Assembly (NCBI GenBank): GCA_945869165.1
Contig: CAMBNY010000005.1
Span: forward strand, 2,012-66,011
Source: Comamonas sp. lk
GTDB lineage: Bacteria > Pseudomonadota > Gammaproteobacteria > Burkholderiales > Burkholderiaceae_C
Length of the DNA: 64,000 bases
Direction: 5' to 3'
Both the position numbers and the translations under genes were made by a program. The notes below the pieces were generated by a model. The model was not told the origin of the DNA and did no database searches. It saw only the letters and a program-made list of their open reading frames with translations. Below are positions 30,292-40,504 of the stretch, piece by piece (within the stretch, counting starts at the first letter, position 1; every line of letters begins with the position of its first letter).

Positions 30292-31368
30292 ATGCGTTTT
30301 ATTTTCAAAACCGAATACGCCCAGGACATTGGCCTGGCCAAGCATGAAGGCCATGTCTTTTGGTACAGCGTGCTGGTGCTTTTGCTGGTGGCCGCGCCCT
30401 GGTTGTTTACCGAGTACTGGCTGGCGCAACTCACTTTTGTGCTGATTTACAGCATCGCGGCCCTAGGCATCATGCTCTTGGCCGGTTTTACCGGCTTGTT
30501 TTCTCTGGGCCACGCCGCCTTTTTGGGTGTGGGTGCCTACACCCAGGCGGTACTGACGAATATGGGAGTGCCTTTTCCCATTGCCCTGGCCTGTGCTGCT
30601 GGTTTATCTGCGGCGGTGGGGCTGGTCGTGGGTTTGCCGGCATTGCGTGTCAAGGGCATATACCTCGGTATGGCTACGCTGGCATTCGGCTTTATTGTGG
30701 AAGAGGTGCTGGCACGCTGGGAGTCAGTAACCGGGGGAAATGCCGGTATCCACCTCAAAAAGCCCAATGTCTTTGGCTGGGTGCTGGAGACGGAAATCCA
30801 GTTCTATTTCTTGTGCCTGTTGCTGACGGTGGTGTCGACCCTGGGTATTCTCAATTTGCTGCGATCGCCCACGGGCCGGGCTTTTGTGGCCATTCGCGAT
30901 TCGGAAATCTCCGCGCAGAGCATGGGCATTCACCTGGCGCAATACAAAACCATGTCTTTTGCCATCTCAGCAGCGCTGGCCGGTGTGGCCGGAGCTTTGT
31001 ACGCGCATAAATTGCAATTCATTTCGCCCGATCAATTCAACATCTTGCAATCGATTGACTTGCTTTTGATGATAGTGATTGGCGGTTTGGGCTCGGTCCA
31101 TGGTGCGTTTTTGGGTGCCATATTTTTAATCACCATGCCGCAGCTCATTGCCATGTTTAAGGACTATTTGCCCGCAGTCGTCGGGCAGGCGCCGGGCTTG
31201 CAAGGCGTGGTCTATGGCGCGGTGCTGATTGCCTTTGTGCTGTTCGAGCCCATGGGTTTGTATGGACGCTGGCTCAAGGTACGTACTTATTTTGAAGTGT
31301 TCCCGTTCTACCGCAAAGGCATGTTCAAGCGGCAGAAATCTTTCCAGAAATCGGATCGCCTGAAATGA
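30292..31368 (+). CDS. Liv-type ABC transporter permease (LivM-like)
   Basis: GLFSLGHAAF, LRVKGIYL, GRAFVAIRDSE, GGLGS. Confidence 0.92.
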   Translation: MRFIFKTEYAQDIGLAKHEGHVFWYSVLVLLLVAAPWLFTEYWLAQLTFVLIYSIAALGIMLLAGFTGLFSLGHAAFLGVGAYTQAVLTNMGVPFPIALACAAGLSAAVGLVVGLPALRVKGIYLGMATLAFGFIVEEVLARWESVTGGNAGIHLKKPNVFGWVLETEIQFYFLCLLLTVVSTLGILNLLRSPTGRAFVAIRDSEISAQSMGIHLAQYKTMSFAISAALAGVAGALYAHKLQFISPDQFNILQSIDLLLMIVIGGLGSVHGAFLGAIFLITMPQLIAMFKDYLPAVVGQAPGLQGVVYGAVLIAFVLFEPMGLYGRWLKVRTYFEVFPFYRKGMFKRQKSFQKSDRLK

Positions 31369-32192
31369 CGGACTTTCTTTTATCAGCCAAGGAATTGAGC
31401 GTGCGCTTTGGCGGACTGCTGGCGGTCAACCAGGTCAGCTTCGACGTCAAAAAAGGTGAGGTCTTCACCCTGATCGGTCCTAATGGCGCGGGCAAGACCA
31501 CGGTGTTTAACCTCATCAGCCGCATTTACACGCCGACCGCAGGCAGCATCGATTTTGCCGGCCCCAAGGGTATGGTCAAGCTCACCGAGCAAGCCCCGCA
31601 AGATGTGGCGGCGCTAGGCATTGCACGGACTTTTCAAAACATCGAATTGTTTGAGCATGCCTCGGTGCTACATAACTTGCTGATCGGGCGGCACACCCAC
31701 CGCAAAACCAATGTATGGCAGGACATTTTTTTTACCGCGGCCACGCGCGAAGAAGAATTGCGCTCGCGTGAAAAAGCCGAAGAAGTGATCGACTTTCTCA
31801 ACCTTCAACATTACCGCGATACCTTTGTCGCCGGCTTGCCCTATGGCGTGCGCAAAGTGGTGGAAGTGGCCCGCGCTTTGTGTACCGAGCCTTCGCTTTT
31901 GTTGCTGGACGAACCCTCGTCCGGCCTCAACGTAGAAGAGACTGACGACATGGCGTTTTGGATCCAGGACATTCAGCACGAACTAGGCATTACCGTGCTC
32001 ATGGTGGAGCACGATATGAGCCTGGTCTCCAAAGTATCCGACCGGGTGTTGGCCATGAACCAGGGCGAAGTGCTGGCCATGGGCACGCCGCGTGAAGTGC
32101 AAAGTGACGCTGGCGTCATCGAAGCCTATTTAGGCACTTTGGACGACGTCTCCTCCCTGCGCCGCGAATCGGCAGTGGGAGCCGTCGTATGA
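31365..32192 (+). CDS. Liv-type ABC ATPase (LivG-like)
   Basis: GPNGAGKTT, ARTFQNIELF, LPYG, LLDEP, VEHDM. Confidence 0.93.
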   Translation: MTDFLLSAKELSVRFGGLLAVNQVSFDVKKGEVFTLIGPNGAGKTTVFNLISRIYTPTAGSIDFAGPKGMVKLTEQAPQDVAALGIARTFQNIELFEHASVLHNLLIGRHTHRKTNVWQDIFFTAATREEELRSREKAEEVIDFLNLQHYRDTFVAGLPYGVRKVVEVARALCTEPSLLLLDEPSSGLNVEETDDMAFWIQDIQHELGITVLMVEHDMSLVSKVSDRVLAMNQGEVLAMGTPREVQSDAGVIEAYLGTLDDVSSLRRESAVGAVV

Positions 32193-32986
32193 GCAATATC
32201 CCGCCTCCAGTGAGCGATTTGCCGGTGCTCAAACTATTGAATGTGGAGAGCGCTTACGGCCCGATCAAAGCCATTCGCGGCATCAGCCTGCAAGTGCGGC
32301 GTGGCGAAATCGGCGCGGTGCTGGGCTCCAATGGCGCGGGCAAAACCACGATTCTTAAAACCATTTCGGGCATCATCGATCCGCGCAAGGGCTCCATCGA
32401 ATTCAAGGGCCAGGACATTACTGCACAAGACCCCTCACACATCGTGCAACAAGGCCTGAGCCATGTGCCCGAAGGCCGCGAGGTGTTCCCGCTGCTCAGC
32501 GTGCATGACAACTTGCTCATGGGCGCCTATACCCGCAGCGATAGCGACCAGGTCGCGCGCGACATGGAGACGGTGTACACCTACTTCCCGATTCTCAAAG
32601 AGCGCCGCGTGCAGGATGCCGGTTTGCTATCAGGCGGGCAGCAGCAGATGCTGGCGATTTCGCGCGCGCTCATGGCCAACCCGGATTTGATGTTGCTGGA
32701 CGAGCCTAGCCTGGGCCTGTCGCCCAAACTGACCAAAGAGATTTTTGAAATCGTGGTGCGTATCAACCGCGAACGCGGCACCACGATTTTGCTGGTCGAG
32801 CAAAACGCCAATATGGCGCTTAACGCCTCAGACTACGGCTATGTGCTGGAAAACGGCCGCATCGTCATGGAAGACACCTGCGCCCGTCTGCGTGAAAAAG
32901 AAGATATCAAGGAGTTCTACCTCGGACTCAAAGAAGAAGGCGTGCGTGACGAGCGGCGCTGGAAGAAGAAAAAGACCTGGAGATGA
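32189..32986 (+). CDS. Liv-type ABC ATPase (LivF-like)
   Basis: GSNGAGKTT, VPEGREVF, LSGGQQQM, LDEPSLGL, VEQNA. Confidence 0.93.
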   Translation: MSNIPPPVSDLPVLKLLNVESAYGPIKAIRGISLQVRRGEIGAVLGSNGAGKTTILKTISGIIDPRKGSIEFKGQDITAQDPSHIVQQGLSHVPEGREVFPLLSVHDNLLMGAYTRSDSDQVARDMETVYTYFPILKERRVQDAGLLSGGQQQMLAISRALMANPDLMLLDEPSLGLSPKLTKEIFEIVVRINRERGTTILLVEQNANMALNASDYGYVLENGRIVMEDTCARLREKEDIKEFYLGLKEEGVRDERRWKKKKTWR

Positions 32987-33056
32987 TGATGCCTAGCGCT
33001 GCTATTTCAACGTTTTGTGGCTTGCGGGCTGCGCAGCTGTGTGCGGGAGACTGCTT

Positions 33057-34913
33057 ATGAGCCGCTTATGGGATTTGGCCCATATCCAGCCCGAAAACCG
33101 CGTGGTGCTGGAAGGCGACACGATTACCGCCATGTTCTGGAACGCCGTCGCCAAGCGCGGCCCTGCAGTTTGGATGCGCCAAAAACACCTAGGCTTGTGG
33201 CGTAGCTGGACCTGGAACCAGACCGCCACGGCAGTGGAAGAAATTTGTGCCGGTTTGCTCAGTTTGGGTTTTGACAAAGGCGAGTGCGCTTCCATTCTGT
33301 CCAACACCGTGGTCGAGTGGGTCTGGGCTGACTTGGCGGTGCTGTCGGCCTGCGGCGTGTCCAATGGCATTTACCCTACCGACGCCAGCAGCCAGGTGCA
33401 GTACCTGAGCGAAGATTCGCGCACCACGATCTTGTTTGTCGAAGACGACGAGCAACTGGACAAGGCCTTGGAGGTGCGCGCCCAGTTGCCGCTGCTACGC
33501 AAAATTGTGGTTTTCGACATGGAGGGTCTGCGCACCCTCAAAGACCCGGGCGTTATCAGCCTGGATGCCTTGCGCGTTTTGGGGCGCGAGCACCTGGCCG
33601 CGCACCCGCAGGCCGTGCGCGAGCGCGCTGCCCAGTGCCAGGCGCAAGACCTGGCTATCTTGGTCTATACCTCGGGCACCACCGGCAAGCCCAAGGGCGC
33701 CATGCATTTGCATAAAGGCCTGGTCTTCACCGTGCACGGCTACAACACCCTGGTTGCGCAAACCATGGACGATGAGCGCATGTGCTTTTTGCCCCTGTGC
33801 CATATCGCCGAGCGCATGGGCGGCGAGTATTTCTCGCTCTACACCGGCTCCAAACTCAATTTCGTGGAAAACCCGGAAACCATTCCCGAGAACGTGCGCG
33901 AAATTGCGCCCACCGTATTTACCGCCGTGCCCCGCGTATGGGAAAAGTTTTACTCCGGCGTGATGATCACGCTCAAAGAAGCCGGTTTTGTGCAGCAGGC
34001 GGTGTACGGCTGGGGCATTGGTGTGGGTGGCCGTATTGCGGACAAAGTGCTGGCCGGTCAACCGGTTGATGCCTGGCTGAAGCTGCAATTTGTGCTGGCC
34101 CAATGGCTGGCGCTCAACAATGTGCGCAAAACCATCGGTATTCACCGTTCCAAATACCTGGTCACTGGCGCCGCGCCCATATCGCCCGATCTGGTGCGCT
34201 GGTATTTGTCCTTGGGCGTTCCCATGTTGGAAGTTTGGGGCATGACCGAGACCTGCGGCGCCGCCACCGGCGTCCCGGCCACCCGCATCCGTCCTGGCTC
34301 TATCGGCCCGGCCGCTGGCTATAACGAAGTGCGCCTGGACCCGCAGACCAGCGAAATTTTGGTACGCGGGAAAAATGTGTTTGCCGGTTACCTGAACCAG
34401 CCAGAGAAAACCGCCGAGACCATAGATGCAGACGGCTGGCTCCATACCGGCGATGTGGGCGTGGTCGATGCCGACGGCTATTTCCGCATCACCGACCGCA
34501 TGAAGGACATCATCATTACTGCCGGAGGCAAGAATATTACGCCCTCCGAGCTGGAAAACGACCTGAAGTTCTCGCCCTACATCACCGACGCGGTGGTCAT
34601 TGGCGATAAACGGCCTTACCTGACGGTCATCATCATGATCGACCAAGAAAACGTCGAAAAATACGCCCAGGATCAGGATGTGCCGTTTAGTAACTACGCC
34701 AGCCTGACGCGCTCGGCCGAGGTGCAGGCGCTCATCCAAGCCGAGATCGATCGCGTCAATAAGAAGTTCGCGCGGGTTGAGCAGATCAAAAAATTCTTCC
34801 TGCTCGATACCCAGCTCAGCGCGGAAGATGAAGAACTCACCCCCACCATGAAGCTCAAGCGCAAATTGGTGGAAAAGAAATACAACGCTAATATTGAGGC
34901 TATGTATGGCTGA
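33057..34913 (+). CDS. long-chain fatty acid--CoA ligase (AMP-binding)
   Basis: YTSGTTGKPKG, FLPLCHIAER, WGMTE, GWLHTGD, TAGGKNI, TPTMKLKR; ATG at 33057 after GGGAGA. Confidence 0.92.
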   Translation: MSRLWDLAHIQPENRVVLEGDTITAMFWNAVAKRGPAVWMRQKHLGLWRSWTWNQTATAVEEICAGLLSLGFDKGECASILSNTVVEWVWADLAVLSACGVSNGIYPTDASSQVQYLSEDSRTTILFVEDDEQLDKALEVRAQLPLLRKIVVFDMEGLRTLKDPGVISLDALRVLGREHLAAHPQAVRERAAQCQAQDLAILVYTSGTTGKPKGAMHLHKGLVFTVHGYNTLVAQTMDDERMCFLPLCHIAERMGGEYFSLYTGSKLNFVENPETIPENVREIAPTVFTAVPRVWEKFYSGVMITLKEAGFVQQAVYGWGIGVGGRIADKVLAGQPVDAWLKLQFVLAQWLALNNVRKTIGIHRSKYLVTGAAPISPDLVRWYLSLGVPMLEVWGMTETCGAATGVPATRIRPGSIGPAAGYNEVRLDPQTSEILVRGKNVFAGYLNQPEKTAETIDADGWLHTGDVGVVDADGYFRITDRMKDIIITAGGKNITPSELENDLKFSPYITDAVVIGDKRPYLTVIIMIDQENVEKYAQDQDVPFSNYASLTRSAEVQALIQAEIDRVNKKFARVEQIKKFFLLDTQLSAEDEELTPTMKLKRKLVEKKYNANIEAMYG

Positions 34914-34964
34914 GCCCGCCGGGCACAGCAGCACTGCGTAATAATTATTCTGAGGAGAACGAGC

Positions 34965-36140
34965 ATGAAGAAAACTTTATTTCCCTTTACCGGTCTGGCG
35001 CTTGTGCTGGCCACATGGTTCGCCGCATCGCCGACCCTTGCCGCCGAGCAACAGGGCGTGAGCAAAAACGAAATCGTCATTGGCACCATCCAAGATTTGT
35101 CGGGCCCGCTGGCGGGCTATGGCAAGCAATCGCGCAGCGGTATGCAGTTGCGTATCGACGAACTCAATGAGCAAGGTGCCATCCACGGTCGCAAACTCAA
35201 GCTGCTGGTCGAAGACTCGGGTTATGACCCCAAACGTGCTGTGCTGGCCGCGCAAAAATTGGTGAACCAGGACAAGATTTTTATCATGGCCGGCCATCTG
35301 GGTACTGCGCAAAATAATGCCGCCATGCCGATTCAGTTTGAAAAGCAAATTGTCAATTTCATGCCGTTGACTGCATCGCGCGACATGTACGACCCACCCA
35401 ATGAACTGAAGTACGCTTTGCTCAGCTCGTATTACGACCAGATCCGTATGGTGTTGCCCAAGATGGTGGCAGACAAAAACGTCAAGAAGTCCTGCATCAT
35501 TTACCAGGACGACGAGTTTGGCTTGGAAGTGCTGCGTGGCGCTGAAGCCGGCCTCAAAACCCTGAACCAAGAATTGACTGAAAAAACTTCGTTTAAGCGC
35601 GGCTCCACCGACTTCTCGACCCAGGTCGCGAAGATGAAAGCCTCGGGTTGCGAACTGGTGGTGCTAGGCACCATTATTCGCGAGACCATCGGTACCGTAG
35701 CCGAGTCACGCAAAACCGGTTTCAATCCGATTTTCTTGGCCTCTATTGCCGCCTATACCGACCTGATTCACAAACTCGGTGGCAAAGCCATGGACGGCAT
35801 TTATGCCACCAATGTCGTGCAAAACCCCTACCTAGACGAAGCCTCGCAGCCCATCCGTTTTTGGGCCAATAAGTACAAAACCAAGTTCAACGAAGAGCCT
35901 ACCGTGTTCTCTGCTTACGGCTACATCATGATCGACATTTTCATTCAGGCAGCGCAAAAAGCCGGCCCGAATCTCACCAGCGCCAGTTTTGTCAAGGCGA
36001 TGAACAGCATGACGATTCCGGCGGACTTTTTCGGCACCCCGGTCTTGACCTATACCAACACCAAACGCTTGGGTAGCGAGGCGGCCAAGCTGTCCCAAAT
36101 CCAGGACGGCAAATGGCGTGTGTTGATGGAGGTGAAGTAA
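34965..36140 (+). CDS. ABC substrate-binding protein (LivJ-like fold), paralog A
   Basis: Signal peptide; GTIQDLSGP, GRKLKLLVEDSGYDP, YQDDEFG. Confidence 0.9.
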   Translation: MKKTLFPFTGLALVLATWFAASPTLAAEQQGVSKNEIVIGTIQDLSGPLAGYGKQSRSGMQLRIDELNEQGAIHGRKLKLLVEDSGYDPKRAVLAAQKLVNQDKIFIMAGHLGTAQNNAAMPIQFEKQIVNFMPLTASRDMYDPPNELKYALLSSYYDQIRMVLPKMVADKNVKKSCIIYQDDEFGLEVLRGAEAGLKTLNQELTEKTSFKRGSTDFSTQVAKMKASGCELVVLGTIIRETIGTVAESRKTGFNPIFLASIAAYTDLIHKLGGKAMDGIYATNVVQNPYLDEASQPIRFWANKYKTKFNEEPTVFSAYGYIMIDIFIQAAQKAGPNLTSASFVKAMNSMTIPADFFGTPVLTYTNTKRLGSEAAKLSQIQDGKWRVLMEVK

Positions 36141-36206
36141 TTCCCAAGTCCGGTGTAGCTGCGCGCTGATCTGGCGCAAGCCCTTTTATTTTTTTTGGAG
36201 ACCACT

Positions 36207-37391
36207 ATGACAGTAACTAACTTGTTAAAGAAATCCGTGTTCGCATTGGCCGCTATGCTGACCCTGGGTGCCCAGGCCCAGCAGCAAGGCGTGAGCAAAG
36301 ATGAAATTGTGATTGGCACGATTCAGGACCTGTCTGGCCCCTTGGCCGGATTTGGCAAGCAGGCCCGCTCTGGGATGCAATTGGCTGTCGCCGAAATCAA
36401 CGAGCAAGGTGGCGTCAATGGCCGCAAACTCAAATTGCTGGTTGAGGACAACGGCTATGACCCCAAAAAAGCTTTGTTAGCAGCGCAAAAGCTGGTAAAT
36501 CAGGACAAGATTTTTATCATGGCGGGTCATATCGGGACCGCGCAAAATATGGCAGCGATGCCTGTGCAATTCGAAAAAAACGTGGTGAACTTTTTCCCCA
36601 TTACCGCCGCGCGCGAAATGTACGAGCCGCTGGACCGCCTGAAGTATTCTTTTGCCGCCACCTACTATGACCAGATGCGGATCACGCTTCCTGCATTGAT
36701 CAAGGAAAAAGGTGCGAAGAAAGTTTGTACCATGTACCAAGACGATGATTTCGGCTTGGAGGTACTCCGGGGCGCAGAGGCTGGCCTGAAATCCATGAAC
36801 ATGGAGTTCGTCGAAAAGACTAGCTACAAGCGCGGCGCCACGGATTTTTCCTCCCAGATTTCCAAATTGCAGGCCAGCGGCTGCGATATGGTCGTTCTGG
36901 GAACCATCATTCGTGAGACCATTGGCGCCATTGGTACCGCGCGCAAATTGGGCTTCAACCCCGCCTTTGTTGGGACAAGCGCCGCATACACCGACCTTAT
37001 CCACAAAATCGGCGGTAAGGCTATGGACGGGCTTTATGCCACCATGACGGTGCAAAACCCCTACCTGGACGAGGCTTCCCAGCCCATTCGTTTTTGGGCC
37101 AATAAGTACAAAACCATGTTCAACGAGGATCCCACCGTGTTCTCGGTCTATGGCTACATCATCATTAACAGCTTCGCTGCAGCCGCTGCCAAGGCGGGTA
37201 AAAATCTGACTACCGATAGCTTTATCAAAGCTATGGACAAACTGGTGATTGAGCCTGATATGTTCGGCGGCGCCAAAGCAACTTATAGCGCCACCAAGCG
37301 CTTGGGAAGCGACGAGTCGCGCTTGTCCCAAATCCAGGACGGCAAGTGGAAAGTGGTTTCGGGTTATGTGAGCGCCTCCAGCGTCAAATAA
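36207..37391 (+). CDS. ABC substrate-binding protein (LivJ-like fold), paralog B
   Basis: Collinear with paralog A, with long identical stretches such as NPYLDEASQPIRFWANKYKT. Confidence 0.9.
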   Translation: MTVTNLLKKSVFALAAMLTLGAQAQQQGVSKDEIVIGTIQDLSGPLAGFGKQARSGMQLAVAEINEQGGVNGRKLKLLVEDNGYDPKKALLAAQKLVNQDKIFIMAGHIGTAQNMAAMPVQFEKNVVNFFPITAAREMYEPLDRLKYSFAATYYDQMRITLPALIKEKGAKKVCTMYQDDDFGLEVLRGAEAGLKSMNMEFVEKTSYKRGATDFSSQISKLQASGCDMVVLGTIIRETIGAIGTARKLGFNPAFVGTSAAYTDLIHKIGGKAMDGLYATMTVQNPYLDEASQPIRFWANKYKTMFNEDPTVFSVYGYIIINSFAAAAAKAGKNLTTDSFIKAMDKLVIEPDMFGGAKATYSATKRLGSDESRLSQIQDGKWKVVSGYVSASSVK

Positions 37392-37437
37392 CGACCTCCT
37401 TGGTGGATGCCGGTGTGCAGCGCCGCCCGCCATTTTT

Positions 37438-37470
37438 AAGCCGCCCGGTTAGTAGCCTGGCGGCTTTTTT
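37438..37470 (+). terminator. Rho-independent terminator of the ABC operon
   Basis: AAGCCGCC...GGCGGCTT stem followed by a T run. Confidence 0.7.
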
Positions 37471-37526
37471 ACATGGCCAAAGCCCTAAGGCTCCCGCAAG
37501 TAGGGCAGGCGCGCTACAGTTAGCCT

Positions 37527-39752
37527 ATGGGCAAGTCACCTCCACCTTTCCAAGCTGCTGCTGATCCGAAGGCGGTCCTGACCGGCTTTGCCGGTTTGAA
37601 CGCCAAACTGGACTACCTCAACGCATCGGACGTCGAGCAAGTGCGCCAGGCCTACCGTTTTGCCGACGAGGCGCACCTGGGCCAGCTACGCGGCAGCGGT
37701 GCACCCTATATCACCCATCCGATCGCGGTAGCCGCGCAATGTGCTGACTGGAAGCTCGACGCCGCTGCCCTCATGGCTGCGCTCTTGCACGACGCTATGG
37801 AGGACTGCGGGGTCACCAAGGTCGAGCTGATCGAGCGCTTCGGTTCGCCGGTCGCTGAATTGGTCGATGGCCTGACCAAGCTGGACAAACTCAACTTCAG
37901 CACTCGCGAGGAAAATCAGGCCGAGTCCTTCCGCAAGATGTTGCTGGCTATGGCGCGCGACGTGCGCGTCATCCTCATCAAACTGGCCGACCGAACCCAC
38001 AATATGCGCACCATGGGTGATATGCCACGCGCCAAGTGGGGCCGTATCGCACAAGAGACCTTGGATATCTACAGCCCGATTGCGCACCGTCTGGGCCTCA
38101 ATGAAATCTACCGCGAGTTGCAGGAACTCTCCTTCCGTTATTTGCTGCCTTGGCGCCATGCGGTCTTGTCCAAAGCAGTTGCCAAAGCGCGCAGTCGCAG
38201 GCGGGATCTTTTGCAAAAAGTGCAGCGCGAGGTGGAAGCCACTTTCGCAGCCCACGGCATGCTGGTACGTATTTCCGGACGAGAAAAAGCTTTGTATTCG
38301 ATTTACCGCAAGATGAGCGGCAAGCACCTGAGCTTTGCGCAGGTCACAGATGTGTATGGCTTTCGCGTGCTGGTGCCCGAAATCACCGACTGTTACACCG
38401 CCTTAGGCCTATTGCACCAACTCTACAAACCGGTACCGGGTAAATTTAAGGACCATATTGCGATTGCCAAAGTCAATGGCTACCAGTCGCTGCACACCAC
38501 ACTGGTTGGACCGGCTGGTATCAATGTGGAATTCCAGATGCGCACCGAGTCCATGCACTTGGTGGCCGAGTCCGGCGTGGCAGCGCACTGGCTGTACAAA
38601 GTCAATAAGCCGCAGGACGCCGCGCAGGAGCGCTTGGGCGCGCAGTGGCTGCAGTCCTTGCTCGACATTCAGGACGAGACGCGCGATGCCGGTGAGTTCT
38701 GGGAACACGTGAAAGTGGACTTATTCCCGGACGCGGTGTATGTCTTCACACCCAAGAGCCAGATCATGGCCATGCCGCGCGGCGCCACCATCGTCGACTT
38801 CGCCTACGCCATCCACAGCAATGTGGGTGATCGCACCATGGCCGCGCGCATTAACGGAGAGCAAGTTCCATTGCGCACTGAGCTGAAAAACGGCGATGTG
38901 GTGGAAGTGATTACCGCCCCGACCTCCACGCCCAACCCGGCCTGGCTGAGCTTTGTGCGCACCGGGCGGGCGCGCTCCAAAATCCGCCACCACCTCAAAA
39001 CCATGCAGCTGACAGAGTCGGCAGATTTGGGCGCCAAGCTGCTGGCACAGGCTTTGCGGGCGGAAGGCTTTGAAAGTGTGCCCGAGGGTGAGGACTACAA
39101 GTCCTTATGGGACAAGGTCTTACGCTTTACTGGCAGCAAGAACCGCAAGGAGTTGCTGACCGACATTGGTTTGGGCAAGCGCATCGCCAATATTGTGGCC
39201 AAGCGCATGGTGAACTTGCTGGCCGATGCCGGGCATAAACCGGACGCCTTGCTGCTCACGCGTGAGCGCTTTGCTTCTGATAACGCGCATGGTATGGGCA
39301 CCATCACTTTGGACGGCAGTGAAAACGCCTCAGTGAAATACGCGATGTGCTGCCGCCCGATTCCCGGCGATAACATCGTCGGCTACCTGGGCCGCGGCGA
39401 AGGCCTGGCCGTGCATGCTGCTGATTGCCCGGTCGCCAAAAAATTGCAGCACAAAGATGGTGAACGCTTTATGGGTGTCGAGTGGAGCGATGAGATCGTG
39501 CGACCCTTTGAGGCGGACTTGGCACTGACCGTCATCGACGGCCGCGGTGTGATGGCCAAGGTAGCCTCGGTACTGGCCGCTGCTGAAGCTGATATCGTGC
39601 ACATCGAAATGGGCGAGGCCAGCAGCCAGGATTCCAAAGACATGCATTTTGTGATCGCCGTACGCGACCGGCCACACCTGGAAAGCATACTCACCAAATT
39701 ACAACGCTCCGCCGTGGTTATGCACGCCAAACGCAGTAAGAAATCCTATTGA
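37527..39752 (+). CDS. spoT: bifunctional (p)ppGpp synthetase/hydrolase
   Basis: Intact HD hydrolase (PYITHP, LLHDAMED, KLADRTHN), synthetase (NGYQSLHT), TGS (VFTPK..DFAYAIH), CC (CCRPIPGD) and ACT domains. Confidence 0.93.
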   Translation: MGKSPPPFQAAADPKAVLTGFAGLNAKLDYLNASDVEQVRQAYRFADEAHLGQLRGSGAPYITHPIAVAAQCADWKLDAAALMAALLHDAMEDCGVTKVELIERFGSPVAELVDGLTKLDKLNFSTREENQAESFRKMLLAMARDVRVILIKLADRTHNMRTMGDMPRAKWGRIAQETLDIYSPIAHRLGLNEIYRELQELSFRYLLPWRHAVLSKAVAKARSRRRDLLQKVQREVEATFAAHGMLVRISGREKALYSIYRKMSGKHLSFAQVTDVYGFRVLVPEITDCYTALGLLHQLYKPVPGKFKDHIAIAKVNGYQSLHTTLVGPAGINVEFQMRTESMHLVAESGVAAHWLYKVNKPQDAAQERLGAQWLQSLLDIQDETRDAGEFWEHVKVDLFPDAVYVFTPKSQIMAMPRGATIVDFAYAIHSNVGDRTMAARINGEQVPLRTELKNGDVVEVITAPTSTPNPAWLSFVRTGRARSKIRHHLKTMQLTESADLGAKLLAQALRAEGFESVPEGEDYKSLWDKVLRFTGSKNRKELLTDIGLGKRIANIVAKRMVNLLADAGHKPDALLLTRERFASDNAHGMGTITLDGSENASVKYAMCCRPIPGDNIVGYLGRGEGLAVHAADCPVAKKLQHKDGERFMGVEWSDEIVRPFEADLALTVIDGRGVMAKVASVLAAAEADIVHIEMGEASSQDSKDMHFVIAVRDRPHLESILTKLQRSAVVMHAKRSKKSY

Positions 39753-39798
39753 TTTAGCACTCCCGCGCCATGGCAATGTCAAGCGCGTGGACGTGATA

Positions 39799-40371
39799 TC
39801 AAGTCTGCGGCGCAGCGTCTGGCGCCGGGTAGTGCACTTGCAGCACTTCAATCTCTGCAACGCGCCCGGGCATCGGCAGGCGCAACACATCACCGGCCCG
39901 CGCCTTCAGTAGCGTGCGTGCAATTGGCGAAATCCAGCTCACTTCACCCGCCGCGCTATCGGCTTCATCAATGCCAGTGATGGTGATGGTGCGTTTTTCG
40001 TCCCTATCGTCTACATAGGTCACGGTAGCGCCGAAAAATATTTGATCGTTGCCGTGGTGCAGGCTTGGCTCGGTGATGACCGCCAACTCTAAGCGGCGGG
40101 TGAGAAAGCGGATGCGCCTATCGATCTCGCGCAGGCGTTTCTTGCCGTACAGATAGTCCCCGTTTTCCGAGCGGTCGCCGTTACTGGCAGCCCAGTGCAC
40201 CACGTCCACTACCTTGGGTCGTTCTTCGTCGATCAAGTGGAGCAACTCATCGCGCAGGGTTTTATAGCCCTGCGGCGTGATGTAGTTTTTACCGCCACCG
40301 GGAAGCGCCGCCAAGGGGACTTCGTCCTCCTCGTCGCCATCCTCGCTCTCTTTGGTAAAGGCCTTGCTCAT
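39799..40371 (-). CDS. greB: transcription elongation factor GreB
   Basis: MSKAFTKES, NYITPQG, WAASNGDRSENGDY.YGKKRLREIDRRIRFL, SWISPIAR; true ATG at 40371 inside the longer 394-aa ORF. Confidence 0.95.
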   Translation of the reverse strand: MSKAFTKESEDGDEEDEVPLAALPGGGKNYITPQGYKTLRDELLHLIDEERPKVVDVVHWAASNGDRSENGDYLYGKKRLREIDRRIRFLTRRLELAVITEPSLHHGNDQIFFGATVTYVDDRDEKRTITITGIDEADSAAGEVSWISPIARTLLKARAGDVLRLPMPGRVAEIEVLQVHYPAPDAAPQT

Positions 40372-40504
40372 GGCGGTGGATGAAACTGAGCCCCTGTGCG
40401 GCGGGCCTGGTGTGTCTGCGCGGGTGCCATGCCCGATGCATACGCTGAGTAGTTCGAGAGCTTGCGCGGGCGTTTCATAGAATGCACATTCTAAGAACGC
40501 AGCC

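Noticed and set aside
33495-34934. 479-aa antisense ORF, and similar ones at 36477..37433, 58174..59082, 60936..61829 and 63145..63918
   Set aside because: Shadow ORFs opposite well-supported genes, expected from GC-rich codon bias; no recognisable motifs.
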